A program made the position numbers and the translations under genes. This document shows positions 24,914-32,841 of a stretch of DNA of 36,309 bases, one piece after another. Every line of letters begins with the position of its first letter. The first letter of the stretch is position 1. Under the pieces are notes generated by a model, which had not been told where the DNA came from, did not search any database, and worked only from the letters and a program-made list of their open reading frames with translations. The stretch covers positions 1-36,309 of the IMG/VR virus record IMGVR_UViG_3300038797_000018; one strand, given 5' to 3'. Source of the DNA: a virus (taxonomy: Duplodnaviria > Caudoviricetes).

Positions 24914-25309
24914 TCACTTCGTCTGGTTATTGAGAACCCGATTGACCTTAGTCTGGTTTGTTTCGTAGATCGTCGCCAGCTGATGGTCTGTGAGGTCATG
25001 TTCCTTTTTTAAATCGCGCATTCCTTGGGCTTCTGCATCAGTGAAAGGGGTATTGAGAGTTGAAGTCGAGCTGACTGAGTCGATCAGGGTGTCGAGAGTT
25101 ACTTGAACCTTTTGAACCTGCATGATCTTTTCCAGCATCGCCTCTGGCTCTAGCCGTTGCGTAGACATGTCATGAATCATGCTGGCTTTCGCATCTGTCA
25201 GCTGAAGCTGAGTCAGATTTAGTTTGGCGACGGTGGTTTTGCTGAAGGTCGCCTCAGACGACGGTGCATTTATAACGGCTTGACTCTCGGGAACAATTGG
25301 ATCTGCCAT
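24914..25309 (-). CDS. Moron: coiled-coil protein with C-terminal HTH-like motif
   Basis: Antisense insertion, GAGG RBS, AT-rich upstream region; LTDHQLATIYETNQTKVNRVL. Confidence 0.7.
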   Translation of the reverse strand: MADPIVPESQAVINAPSSEATFSKTTVAKLNLTQLQLTDAKASMIHDMSTQRLEPEAMLEKIMQVQKVQVTLDTLIDSVSSTSTLNTPFTDAEAQGMRDLKKEHDLTDHQLATIYETNQTKVNRVLNNQTK

Positions 25310-25439
25310 AGCTGCCTCTATTCGGTGAAATTTGACTTCGGATCAGACTATACAGGCATTTCGGAGTTGGTGAATAAATATATTATTCATGCGTAGTGCC
25401 TTAAATTGCTCTGTGAGCAGCAAAATTCATAATTAATTC

Positions 25440-25465
25440 GACCGCCATCTGGCGGTTTTTTTATT
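25440..25465 (+). terminator. Intrinsic terminator
   Basis: ACCGCCA-TC-TGGCGGTTTTTT. Confidence 0.7.
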
Positions 25466-25505
25466 CCCGCAGGCAGGGCCTGCACTACGTCTCTGGGAGA
25501 CAGCA

Positions 25506-26216
25506 ATGACCTTGAAATTCCAACTAGACAGTCTCGAAGGCGTCGACGAATCCATTCAGGCCCTGTACGTCGAGAAGGACGGCAAGTTCGTTCTCGGCAT
25601 TGAAGGGCTGCCACAGCCGGAAGATGTTTCCGGTCTGAAATCCAAAGTCCAAGAGCTCCTGGACGAGAAGAAGGCAGAAGCCGAGAAACGTAAAGCCGCT
25701 GAGGATCAGGCGCGACTGGATCGCGAAGAGGCGCTGCGCAAGTCCGGCAACGTCGAAGAGCTCGAAAAATCGTGGTCTGAGAAGTACGCACGCCGCGAAG
25801 CTGAGCTGACCGGCCAACTCGAAAGCACGAATAGCACACTGCAAGGCCAGATCCGGGATCTGACCGTGGGCCGTACTGCTACCGAGATCGCGACCACTCT
25901 GGCCATTCCCGGCAGCGCCAAGGCATTGCTTCCCCACATCGAACGCCGGCTCAGCGTTGAGCAGCGCGACGGCAAACCAACCGTCGTCGTGCTGGACGCG
26001 GCCGGCAAGCTCTCGGCGGCAACGCTGGACGAGCTGAAAGCAGAATTTACCAACGATCCGGCCTTTGGTCCGCTGATCGCTGGCAGCAAGGCATCGGGCG
26101 GCGGGGCCGGCGGTGCTGGGAAAGGCGGCGGGGCCGCAAAAGGAAACATCGGCGGCACCAAAGAGGAACGACAGGCCGCAATCGCGAGCCGGTTCCCAGA
26201 CCTCCCTCAGAAATAA
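25506..26216 (+). CDS. Capsid scaffolding protein
   Basis: Coiled coil with Gly-rich C-terminus directly upstream of the capsid gene. Confidence 0.8.
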   Translation: MTLKFQLDSLEGVDESIQALYVEKDGKFVLGIEGLPQPEDVSGLKSKVQELLDEKKAEAEKRKAAEDQARLDREEALRKSGNVEELEKSWSEKYARREAELTGQLESTNSTLQGQIRDLTVGRTATEIATTLAIPGSAKALLPHIERRLSVEQRDGKPTVVVLDAAGKLSAATLDELKAEFTNDPAFGPLIAGSKASGGGAGGAGKGGGAAKGNIGGTKEERQAAIASRFPDLPQK

Positions 26217-26228
26217 GGAAAATCACTC

Positions 26229-27197
26229 ATGTCCCTGTCGCAAATGCAGGTCTTCAACGAATACGTAATGCCGGCGACCATCGAGACGCTGGACCAGTTG
26301 CTGGTGGCGTTCAACGCTGCCAGCCGTGGCGCCATCCTGCTGTCGCCTGACGGTTTCACTGGCGACTTCCTCCAGGAGTCATTCTTCCAGACCCTGGCCG
26401 CCGCTCAGCGCCGCGTCGATCGCTACGCCGCCAATGGCGCCGCACCAATCACCGACTTGACCGAGCTGAAAAACTCCTCGGTGAAAGTGGCCGGCGGTTT
26501 CGGCCCTATTCGCTACGAGCCATCGCAGATGACCTGGCTGGAGCGCCCAACCGCGCAGGGCATCGAAGTGGCATCGCGTGCGTTCGCCGAGATCCTGCTG
26601 AAGGATCAGTTGAACACCGCAATCGCTGCTCTGGTCGCCGCCATCACTGCTCAGGCAGCGGCCGTGAATGACGTCTCTGCAACCGCCGGCATCAGCCAAG
26701 CGGCACTGAACAACGCTCACGCGAAGTTCGGCGATGCAAGTCAGTCGCTGGTCACCCAGATCATGCAGGGCACCACCTACCATAAGCTGGTCGGCCAGGC
26801 GCTCACCAACAGCGAGCAGCTGTTCCAGGCCGGCAACGTCCGCGTGGTGGACATCCTCGGCAAGATCTCGGTTGTCACCGACGCCCCGGCGCTCATGCAG
26901 ACCGGTACGCCGAACAAGGAAATCGTTCTGTCCCTGGTGCAGGGCGCGGCGATGGTGCACGACGGTCGGGACATCATCAGCAACGTCCAGACCACCAACG
27001 GCAAGGAGCGCATCGAGACCACGCTTCAGACCGATTACACCTTTGGTCTGGGCTTGAAGGGTTACACCTGGGATACCACCGCCGGCGGCAAGTCTCCGAC
27101 TGACGCCGAGCTGGCGACCGGCACCAACTGGGACAAGACCGCCACCAGCATCAAGCACACCGCCGGTGTTGCTCTGATCGGTGACGCCTCCAAGTAA
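26229..27197 (+). CDS. Major capsid protein
   Basis: 322 aa, strong RBS TAAGGA, highly biased codons, KGYTWD...SPTDAELATGTNW motif. Confidence 0.88.
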   Translation: MSLSQMQVFNEYVMPATIETLDQLLVAFNAASRGAILLSPDGFTGDFLQESFFQTLAAAQRRVDRYAANGAAPITDLTELKNSSVKVAGGFGPIRYEPSQMTWLERPTAQGIEVASRAFAEILLKDQLNTAIAALVAAITAQAAAVNDVSATAGISQAALNNAHAKFGDASQSLVTQIMQGTTYHKLVGQALTNSEQLFQAGNVRVVDILGKISVVTDAPALMQTGTPNKEIVLSLVQGAAMVHDGRDIISNVQTTNGKERIETTLQTDYTFGLGLKGYTWDTTAGGKSPTDAELATGTNWDKTATSIKHTAGVALIGDASK

Positions 27198-27240
27198 CCC
27201 TGACTGCTGAGCCGGGCTTTGTGCCCGGCTCCGCGAGGAC

Positions 27241-27825
27241 ATGATCATGAGCAACAAAATCTGGTATCTGCCCGGTCCGTTCCACCAGTACCGCGAAAAC
27301 GTAAAGGCGCTGGCCAAAGAGCGAGGCTTGCGAATTGTTGACGCGAACGTCACTGAAGACCGCGAGGGCGAAGCTGTCGATGTGCCTGAAGTGACACTGC
27401 GACAGGCTGCTCCGGTACTGGTGATCGGCGGCCAAGGCGGCGTTGATGGCGCAGCGCTGCAGGATCTGATCGACAAGTTGAGTGCGGAGCGCGACGGCAT
27501 CGTGCCGCTGATCGACGCGGCCGAGGGGCTTGCTCCACTGGAACATCCTGGCGCCGGCGAACTGCCGATTCGCCTGTTCGATGCCTTGACTTCCATTCAC
27601 GAAGGCATCGCCTCGCTGAAGAGCAAACGTGATGAACTGCTGGGTGAAGTTGAATCGCTTCGCGCAGAAGTAGCACGCCTGACTCCTGCAGCGCAGAACA
27701 ACGGCTCAGCTCTCGAGGATCTTACCGTCGTGCAGATCAAGGAACAGCTCGACGCCAAGGGCCTTACCTACAAGGTTAACGACTCGAAGCCTGATCTGCT
27801 CGCTCTGCTGAAGGCAAGCCAGTAA
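27241..27825 (+). CDS. Head-associated protein with C-terminal HeH/LEM-like motif
   Basis: LTVVQIKEQLDAKGLTY...KPDLLALL. Confidence 0.65.
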   Translation: MIMSNKIWYLPGPFHQYRENVKALAKERGLRIVDANVTEDREGEAVDVPEVTLRQAAPVLVIGGQGGVDGAALQDLIDKLSAERDGIVPLIDAAEGLAPLEHPGAGELPIRLFDALTSIHEGIASLKSKRDELLGEVESLRAEVARLTPAAQNNGSALEDLTVVQIKEQLDAKGLTYKVNDSKPDLLALLKASQ

Positions 27826-27865
27826 TACCCGGGGCTTCGGCCCCACTCATTCAAGCGGAGGCCTG

Positions 27866-28255
27866 ATGGCTACCTACATCACCGTGGCGGACGTTGACGC
27901 CATGCTCGGGGCTTCGTGGGCTCCAGATGACAATAAAGCCCGGGCGGTGTTGCAGGCGAATGCCTATCTGACCTCGCTCAACCTGGTCGGTGTCGATAAG
28001 GACGCCATTCCCGAAGAAGTGAAGCAGGCCGGCGCAGAGCTGGCTGTTGTCGCCTCTGAGGGCAAGCTGTACCAGCAGCAGACCGAGGGATCGCTGGAGG
28101 CCAAGACGGTAAAGGCCGGATCGGTGACCACCAGCAAGACGTTCGCCTCGATCGACACCAGCAAATCCACTGCACTGCCCGATGGGGTCCAGTTCGCGCT
28201 GGGGCTGCTCGCGCCATGGCGTGTCAGCGGCTTCAGCTTCAACGTGTACAGGTGA
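27866..28255 (+). CDS. Head-tail adaptor
   Basis: YITVADVD...A--YL and IPEEVKQA--ELA motifs; synteny. Confidence 0.72.
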   Translation: MATYITVADVDAMLGASWAPDDNKARAVLQANAYLTSLNLVGVDKDAIPEEVKQAGAELAVVASEGKLYQQQTEGSLEAKTVKAGSVTTSKTFASIDTSKSTALPDGVQFALGLLAPWRVSGFSFNVYR

Positions 28256-28258
28256 TCC

Positions 28259-28618
28259 ATGGGCCTACGTGAAGAGATCCAGGCAGATCTGGCCGAGGCC
28301 TTCGACACTGATCTGGCGGACGCCGTGAAGCCATTCAGTGGCGGCGTGACGCTGCCGGGGACATGGGATCCGGTCAATGAGACGGCGGGCGATCCAGTGG
28401 TCATTGCCTACACCGGCCGGGGCGTGTTCGACGCCTTCAAGATTGCTCAGGTCGACAGTGTGAACATCCGCGCCACCGACCAACTGCTGATCGCGTTGAC
28501 CAACGAAACCATCGGCGGGGTGCCGGACATCGGCCACAAGATCAACGATTACGACGTGGTCAACGTCCAGACTGACCCGGCCGGCGCCCATTACGAGATT
28601 CAGCTGAGGAAGGTCTGA
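28259..28618 (+). CDS. Head closure / head-tail joining protein
   Basis: Synteny; beta-rich, ends YEIQLRK. Confidence 0.65.
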   Translation: MGLREEIQADLAEAFDTDLADAVKPFSGGVTLPGTWDPVNETAGDPVVIAYTGRGVFDAFKIAQVDSVNIRATDQLLIALTNETIGGVPDIGHKINDYDVVNVQTDPAGAHYEIQLRKV

Positions 28619-29193
28619 TGACGAACAAGGCGGGCTGGAGCCATAGCCTCACGGACTTCGCCGATCAGGCTGGCGAGGACATCACCCAGATGGCGCGCGC
28701 CATCGCGACTGCCATGCTTACGGAGGTGGTGAACCGTTCTCCGGTCGGGAGCCCTGACCTGTGGCATGCCAACGTGGCGCTGCGCACCAAGAACGTGGCG
28801 CTGGCAGATGCCTATGACGCGAACGTCGACGCACGCAACGCTGCGCGCACCGGTGGCCGAGCCTTCAAGAAGCTGACCAAGCGCGAGCGCGAAGAGAACT
28901 ACTTCGTCAAAGCGCAGGCAGCGGGGAAGGGGTATATCGGCGGCACGTTCCGAGGCAGTCACCTGGTATCGATCGGCGCTCCCGACATGACCGTGACCGA
29001 CAACATCGACCCGTCCGGCCGCGAAACGATCAGCAAGGGCAGCATGCTCATCAAAGCATCGGGCCAGTTTCCCGTCATCTACATCCAAACGAACAGCCCC
29101 TATGGCGAGATGCTGGAACTGGGGCATTCCACGCAGGCGCCCGGCGGGGTTTATGATCTCGCGTTCATCGGCGTATCCGAGGCCTACAAATGA
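28618..29193 (+). CDS. Tail completion / neck protein (HK97 gp10-like)
   Basis: SPVG...G-FR-S and NSPY---LE-GHSTQAP-G motifs. Confidence 0.78.
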   Translation: MTNKAGWSHSLTDFADQAGEDITQMARAIATAMLTEVVNRSPVGSPDLWHANVALRTKNVALADAYDANVDARNAARTGGRAFKKLTKREREENYFVKAQAAGKGYIGGTFRGSHLVSIGAPDMTVTDNIDPSGRETISKGSMLIKASGQFPVIYIQTNSPYGEMLELGHSTQAPGGVYDLAFIGVSEAYK

Positions 29194-29585
29194 CCTTCGA
29201 GCAGATCAGAGCGCTGATCACCGCGCGCATGGTTGCCTTCACTGGCATTGACCAGGCGCGGATCGATTACCCGAACCAGCCGGAAGTGTTCACGCCGCCG
29301 GCGACCGGCCTCTGGTGCCGGCTAAATATCCAGTACGCCTCAGCCTTCATGGCCGGCATGGCCGACCGGCCGCACACGCGCAAGCCTGGGCAGATCAGCA
29401 TCCAATGCTTTGCTCGGGAGCGAACCGGCACCAAGGCCATCAACGAGCTGGCCGACGCACTTGAATCGCACTTCGCCTACTGGATGTCCGGCCACCTGGA
29501 ATGCATGGAAGCCAGCCAAGTGGTCGCCGGCGAGTTCGAGGGCTTCTACCAAATCAACGTAAACATCCGGTTTCGCGCCGGCTAA
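29190..29585 (+). CDS. Tail terminator-like protein (DUF4128-type)
   Basis: YPN---F-PP, G---IQCF and A--L--HF motifs; synteny. Confidence 0.75.
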   Translation: MTFEQIRALITARMVAFTGIDQARIDYPNQPEVFTPPATGLWCRLNIQYASAFMAGMADRPHTRKPGQISIQCFARERTGTKAINELADALESHFAYWMSGHLECMEASQVVAGEFEGFYQINVNIRFRAG

Positions 29586-30148
29586 GGCAGTCCGCAATAT
29601 TGGCGAAGCGCGAACCAGCGAGGAGATACTCCCAGTTTCTTCGCAGCGTCTGCGCTACCGCGATATTTATCCAGTGTGTCCGCTTTTCCTTCTGGCCACT
29701 CAGAGAAGGCATGAACGATTATTGCTGATGCCTTGTGGAGTTCGACCCCGTTCAAACCGTTGCTGTAATACTCCTGAGTCATTTGCCCAAGTGGTTCGAG
29801 CCGGAGGAAAAACTGGTGCCTCCAATGCTCCTCATGACTTTCACACTCTCTCAGAGTCAGCTTTTCTTTAATTAAGCATTTTGTTGATTTGTACTCCTCA
29901 ATCAGTCGAGCGCATGTCAGCCAAGCAAGTCGATCAGGAGCCGGCGGCCTTCCAGCAGGTGTTCCCTCGCACAAGGCCGTAAATGCGCGTTCCAAGCTTG
30001 ACTTCGCATGATTCAAAAGATGGGTGTTCTTGCGATCTTTCGAAGCCTTCCGTATTGCCCATCCTGCGAAGACTGCTGACAGTCCGCCAGCGATTGCTGC
30101 AGAGGCTTGTGAGATATCGACAACAAGCTTCCAGGTATCGGCATCCAT
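29582..30148 (-). CDS. Moron: N-terminally membrane-anchored hypothetical protein (188 aa)
   Basis: Antisense insertion between tail terminator and tail tube genes; hydrophobic ASAAIAGGLSAVFAGWAI. Confidence 0.72.
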   Translation of the reverse strand: MDADTWKLVVDISQASAAIAGGLSAVFAGWAIRKASKDRKNTHLLNHAKSSLERAFTALCEGTPAGRPPAPDRLAWLTCARLIEEYKSTKCLIKEKLTLRECESHEEHWRHQFFLRLEPLGQMTQEYYSNGLNGVELHKASAIIVHAFSEWPEGKADTLDKYRGSADAAKKLGVSPRWFALRQYCGLP

Positions 30149-30219
30149 CAGCGCTATCCCTTATTCCGTAAGTAAGGGCTCGATCCTAAGCGATGAAAGT
30201 TCATCTGTTCTACAGCCAG

Positions 30220-30243
30220 CCCCGCCATGAGCGGGTTTTTTTA
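30220..30243 (+). terminator. Intrinsic terminator
   Basis: CCCGC-CATGA-GCGGGTTTTTTT. Confidence 0.7.
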
Positions 30244-30265
30244 TGCCCGCGAATAGGAGGCTCCA

Positions 30266-31186
30266 ATGAGCTCTGGCGCAAAAGTTGTAAGCCACATCAT
30301 TGCGGAGGTGACGCCCGGCGTCACTCCCACCGGTACCTGGGACACGCTGCGCCTCACCGGCAACGCGCTGACCCCGACCGTCAACACCGAAGTCAGCGAT
30401 GAAATCACCGACACCCGCCTGAGCCAAGGCTCGGTGGCCACCAGCATCGATATCGGCGGCGATTTGACGGCGGAGTTCTCGTTCGGCTCCTTCGATCAGT
30501 TGCTCGAAGCCGCCTTCTACGGCGTATGGACGGCTGACGTGCTGCGCGTAGGCGATACCCGCCACACCTTCAGCATCGCCAAGGGCTACAACGACGTCGG
30601 CGTCTATGGCGTGTTCAAGGGTGCGCACGTCTCGACCTTTGCACTCGACATCCCGTCGGAAGGCAAGGTGACCGCCACGTTCAACATGGCGTGCCTGGAC
30701 TACACCGATGGCGACACGCCGATTGTCGTCTCGCCGAATGCGCCGACCACCACCCCGTTCCTGTCGAACAACAACGTCGGCACGATCCTGGTTAACGGCC
30801 AGTCGCTCGAAGGCGTGGCCTGCGTCTCGGCCATGACCGTGAATCTGGACAACAGCCTGCAGACTCAGCGCTGCCTTGGCTCCGATCGCCTTGGGCCGGG
30901 CGCGCACATCGCCACCGAGGCGGCGGTCACCGGCAGCATCACGCTGGCCTGGTCGAAGCGCGCGTGGGAGATCTGGAAGAACACCTTCACCCGGACGCCG
31001 ATCGCAGTTGTCTTCCCGATCACCGACTCGCTGGGCAACAAGTACACGTTCAACTTCCCAGCCGTGGAAGTTGACGGCGAGCTGCCGAACGGTGGTAAGC
31101 GGGACCTGATTGAGGTCACGCTGAACTACACCGTCGCCAAGCTCAGCCCGACCATCACCCGCGAAGCGGCTGATCCAACCCCGTAA
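30266..31186 (+). CDS. Major tail tube protein
   Basis: E-TPGVTP, S-EI---R and GGD---E-S motifs; AGGAGG RBS; precedes the chaperones. Confidence 0.88.
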   Translation: MSSGAKVVSHIIAEVTPGVTPTGTWDTLRLTGNALTPTVNTEVSDEITDTRLSQGSVATSIDIGGDLTAEFSFGSFDQLLEAAFYGVWTADVLRVGDTRHTFSIAKGYNDVGVYGVFKGAHVSTFALDIPSEGKVTATFNMACLDYTDGDTPIVVSPNAPTTTPFLSNNNVGTILVNGQSLEGVACVSAMTVNLDNSLQTQRCLGSDRLGPGAHIATEAAVTGSITLAWSKRAWEIWKNTFTRTPIAVVFPITDSLGNKYTFNFPAVEVDGELPNGGKRDLIEVTLNYTVAKLSPTITREAADPTP

Positions 31187-31257
31187 ACCCTTTGGCTCCC
31201 TCGGTTCAAACGCCGGTCGGGGGAGCCCTTTTATTGGCGTGGCGTTGAGGAATTGAA

Positions 31258-31743
31258 ATGGCTCTGCAACTGGGCAAGAAGAAGCCGGCGGCCGCCGGTG
31301 AGCGCTGGGCGAAGTTCGACGAAGACACCAAAATTCTGCTCGCCAGCATCGACAACCCTGAATACCAAGTCGCCCTTGAGCGCATGCGCCGCCGGATCCA
31401 GCGCAACGACGCACGGTTTGAAGAGGGCCAGGTGGGCGTGGTCGCCGGCGAAATGACCGAGCACCAGAACCACGCGATGCTGCTCAGCCATTTCATCGTG
31501 AAGAACTGGGAGGGCGTGCTGGATGCCGACGGCAAGCCGATCAAATATAGCCCGCCTGTAGCTGCAGAGCTGCTGGAAAACAACATCGAGTTCTTCATCT
31601 TTGTCCTGCGCGAAGGCGCGCTGGCTGCCAACGATGCCGCCGAGGAGCGAGCCGAGTCGGTGGGAAAGCAGTCGCCCGCTTCGAGTGGGAGCAAGAGTGG
31701 GGCGGGGAAAGCGAAAAGCGCCGGGCAGTCTACTCTCGGCTGA
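31258..31743 (+). CDS. Tail assembly chaperone (gpG-like)
   Basis: Between tube and tape measure genes; WEGV motif; slippery site near the end. Confidence 0.8.
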   Translation: MALQLGKKKPAAAGERWAKFDEDTKILLASIDNPEYQVALERMRRRIQRNDARFEEGQVGVVAGEMTEHQNHAMLLSHFIVKNWEGVLDADGKPIKYSPPVAAELLENNIEFFIFVLREGALAANDAAEERAESVGKQSPASSGSKSGAGKAKSAGQSTLG

Positions 31744-31985
31744 AAATGGCGATCCCCGGCGAGCCCGACAATGACCCGCTCACCGCCTACCTGCTCAACC
31801 TGTACCGGAACGTGTCTCGCGGCCGCCGCTACATTGCCGGCATGGCGGGAGCATTTCCGCTGCCGCTCTCAGCGCGGGAGATCTCCGACTGGCTGGAGTC
31901 GCATCCGTCACCGCTGCCGCGCGATGAGATCGACGATGTGATGTTTGCGCTGGATGCGGTGTGCTTGGCCGGTGCCGACGAGTGA
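31662..31985 (+). CDS. gpT-like extension reached by -1 frameshift at GGGAAAG
   Basis: G GGA AAG at 31662-31668; the -1 frame is open into the 31746..31985 ORF. Confidence 0.8.
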   Translation, partial: GKAVARFEWEQEWGGESEKRRAVYSRLKMAIPGEPDNDPLTAYLLNLYRNVSRGRRYIAGMAGAFPLPLSAREISDWLESHPSPLPRDEIDDVMFALDAVCLAGADE

Positions 31986-32037
31986 TTTTGTCGAGGGCCT
32001 CGACTTGGTGCTAGATTCCTCTTTCAAACAGGGAGGG

Positions 32038-32481
32038 GTGTCTTTGAAAAGACAAATAGCATTTGGGTTGGCGTTCTTACTTCTGGCGGGTTGCGAAACT
32101 ACTCGCGTTTCGCCTGAGAAGGCCGCACAGGTCCCGGCAGACGATATCTTTGCCTTTGGGAAGCCAACTTCGGCCAGTGATGCTCGCATTGTTTTCACTC
32201 AGGACGCAGGCGCTCTGAGCTGCCTCGGAGCAGGTATGCAGGTTTTTCTCAACGAAAGACTGGCTGCTGAAACGAGCAGCGGGAAATCGGTGAAGCTGTA
32301 CCACAACCCCGGCCCGGTTCAACTGAGCATCAAAAACAACGCTGCGTGCGCCGGGGGCGATCTGCGAGGAATGTTGCTCGATTTGAAGCCTGGATACTCT
32401 TATTCGGTTCGCGGATATCGCGGAATGTGGGACAAGGCTGAACCATTGTTGACATCACCAGAGCCCTATAAATACAAGTAG
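32038..32481 (+). CDS. Moron: lipoprotein
   Basis: Lipobox LLAGC; GGGAGGGG upstream; start GTG 32038 or TTG 32044. Confidence 0.78.
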   Translation: MSLKRQIAFGLAFLLLAGCETTRVSPEKAAQVPADDIFAFGKPTSASDARIVFTQDAGALSCLGAGMQVFLNERLAAETSSGKSVKLYHNPGPVQLSIKNNAACAGGDLRGMLLDLKPGYSYSVRGYRGMWDKAEPLLTSPEPYKYK

Positions 32482-32490
32482 AGAGGCGGC

Positions 32491-32787
32491 ATGAAACGAT
32501 TAATTGCGGCATCGACGGCATCATTGTGCATTGCGCTTTCAGCCCATGCTGAAGACAGTTCGTGCAAGAAAATTTCGGCGCTGGCCGGGCAGGCTATGAC
32601 GGCGCGCCAGAACGGTCAGTTGCTTGAGGATTCGCTCGATAAAATCGGCGACGGCAGCAAATTTGCGCGCTCAATGATCCTCAAAGCCTACGAGCGACCG
32701 GTAGCAATAGTCGACAGCATCAAGACTGAAGCAATCAATGAATTCAGGAACGATGCGTTTCGTCAGTGCCTGGATGCCAACGGATAG
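32491..32787 (+). CDS. Moron: small exported protein
   Basis: Signal peptide ending AHA; Cys pair; followed by a terminator. Confidence 0.75.
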   Translation: MKRLIAASTASLCIALSAHAEDSSCKKISALAGQAMTARQNGQLLEDSLDKIGDGSKFARSMILKAYERPVAIVDSIKTEAINEFRNDAFRQCLDANG

Positions 32788-32800
32788 ACCAAACGCTCAC

Positions 32801-32826
32801 AAAGCCCGCTACGGCGGGTTTTTTTA
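32801..32826 (+). terminator. Intrinsic terminator
   Basis: AAGCCCGC-TACG-GCGGGTTTTTT. Confidence 0.75.
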
Positions 32827-32841
32827 TGCCTGGAGAAAACA

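Noticed and set aside
26379-31414. Long minus-strand ORFs opposite the capsid (405 aa) and tail tube (417 aa) genes
   Set aside because: Antisense shadows caused by codon bias.
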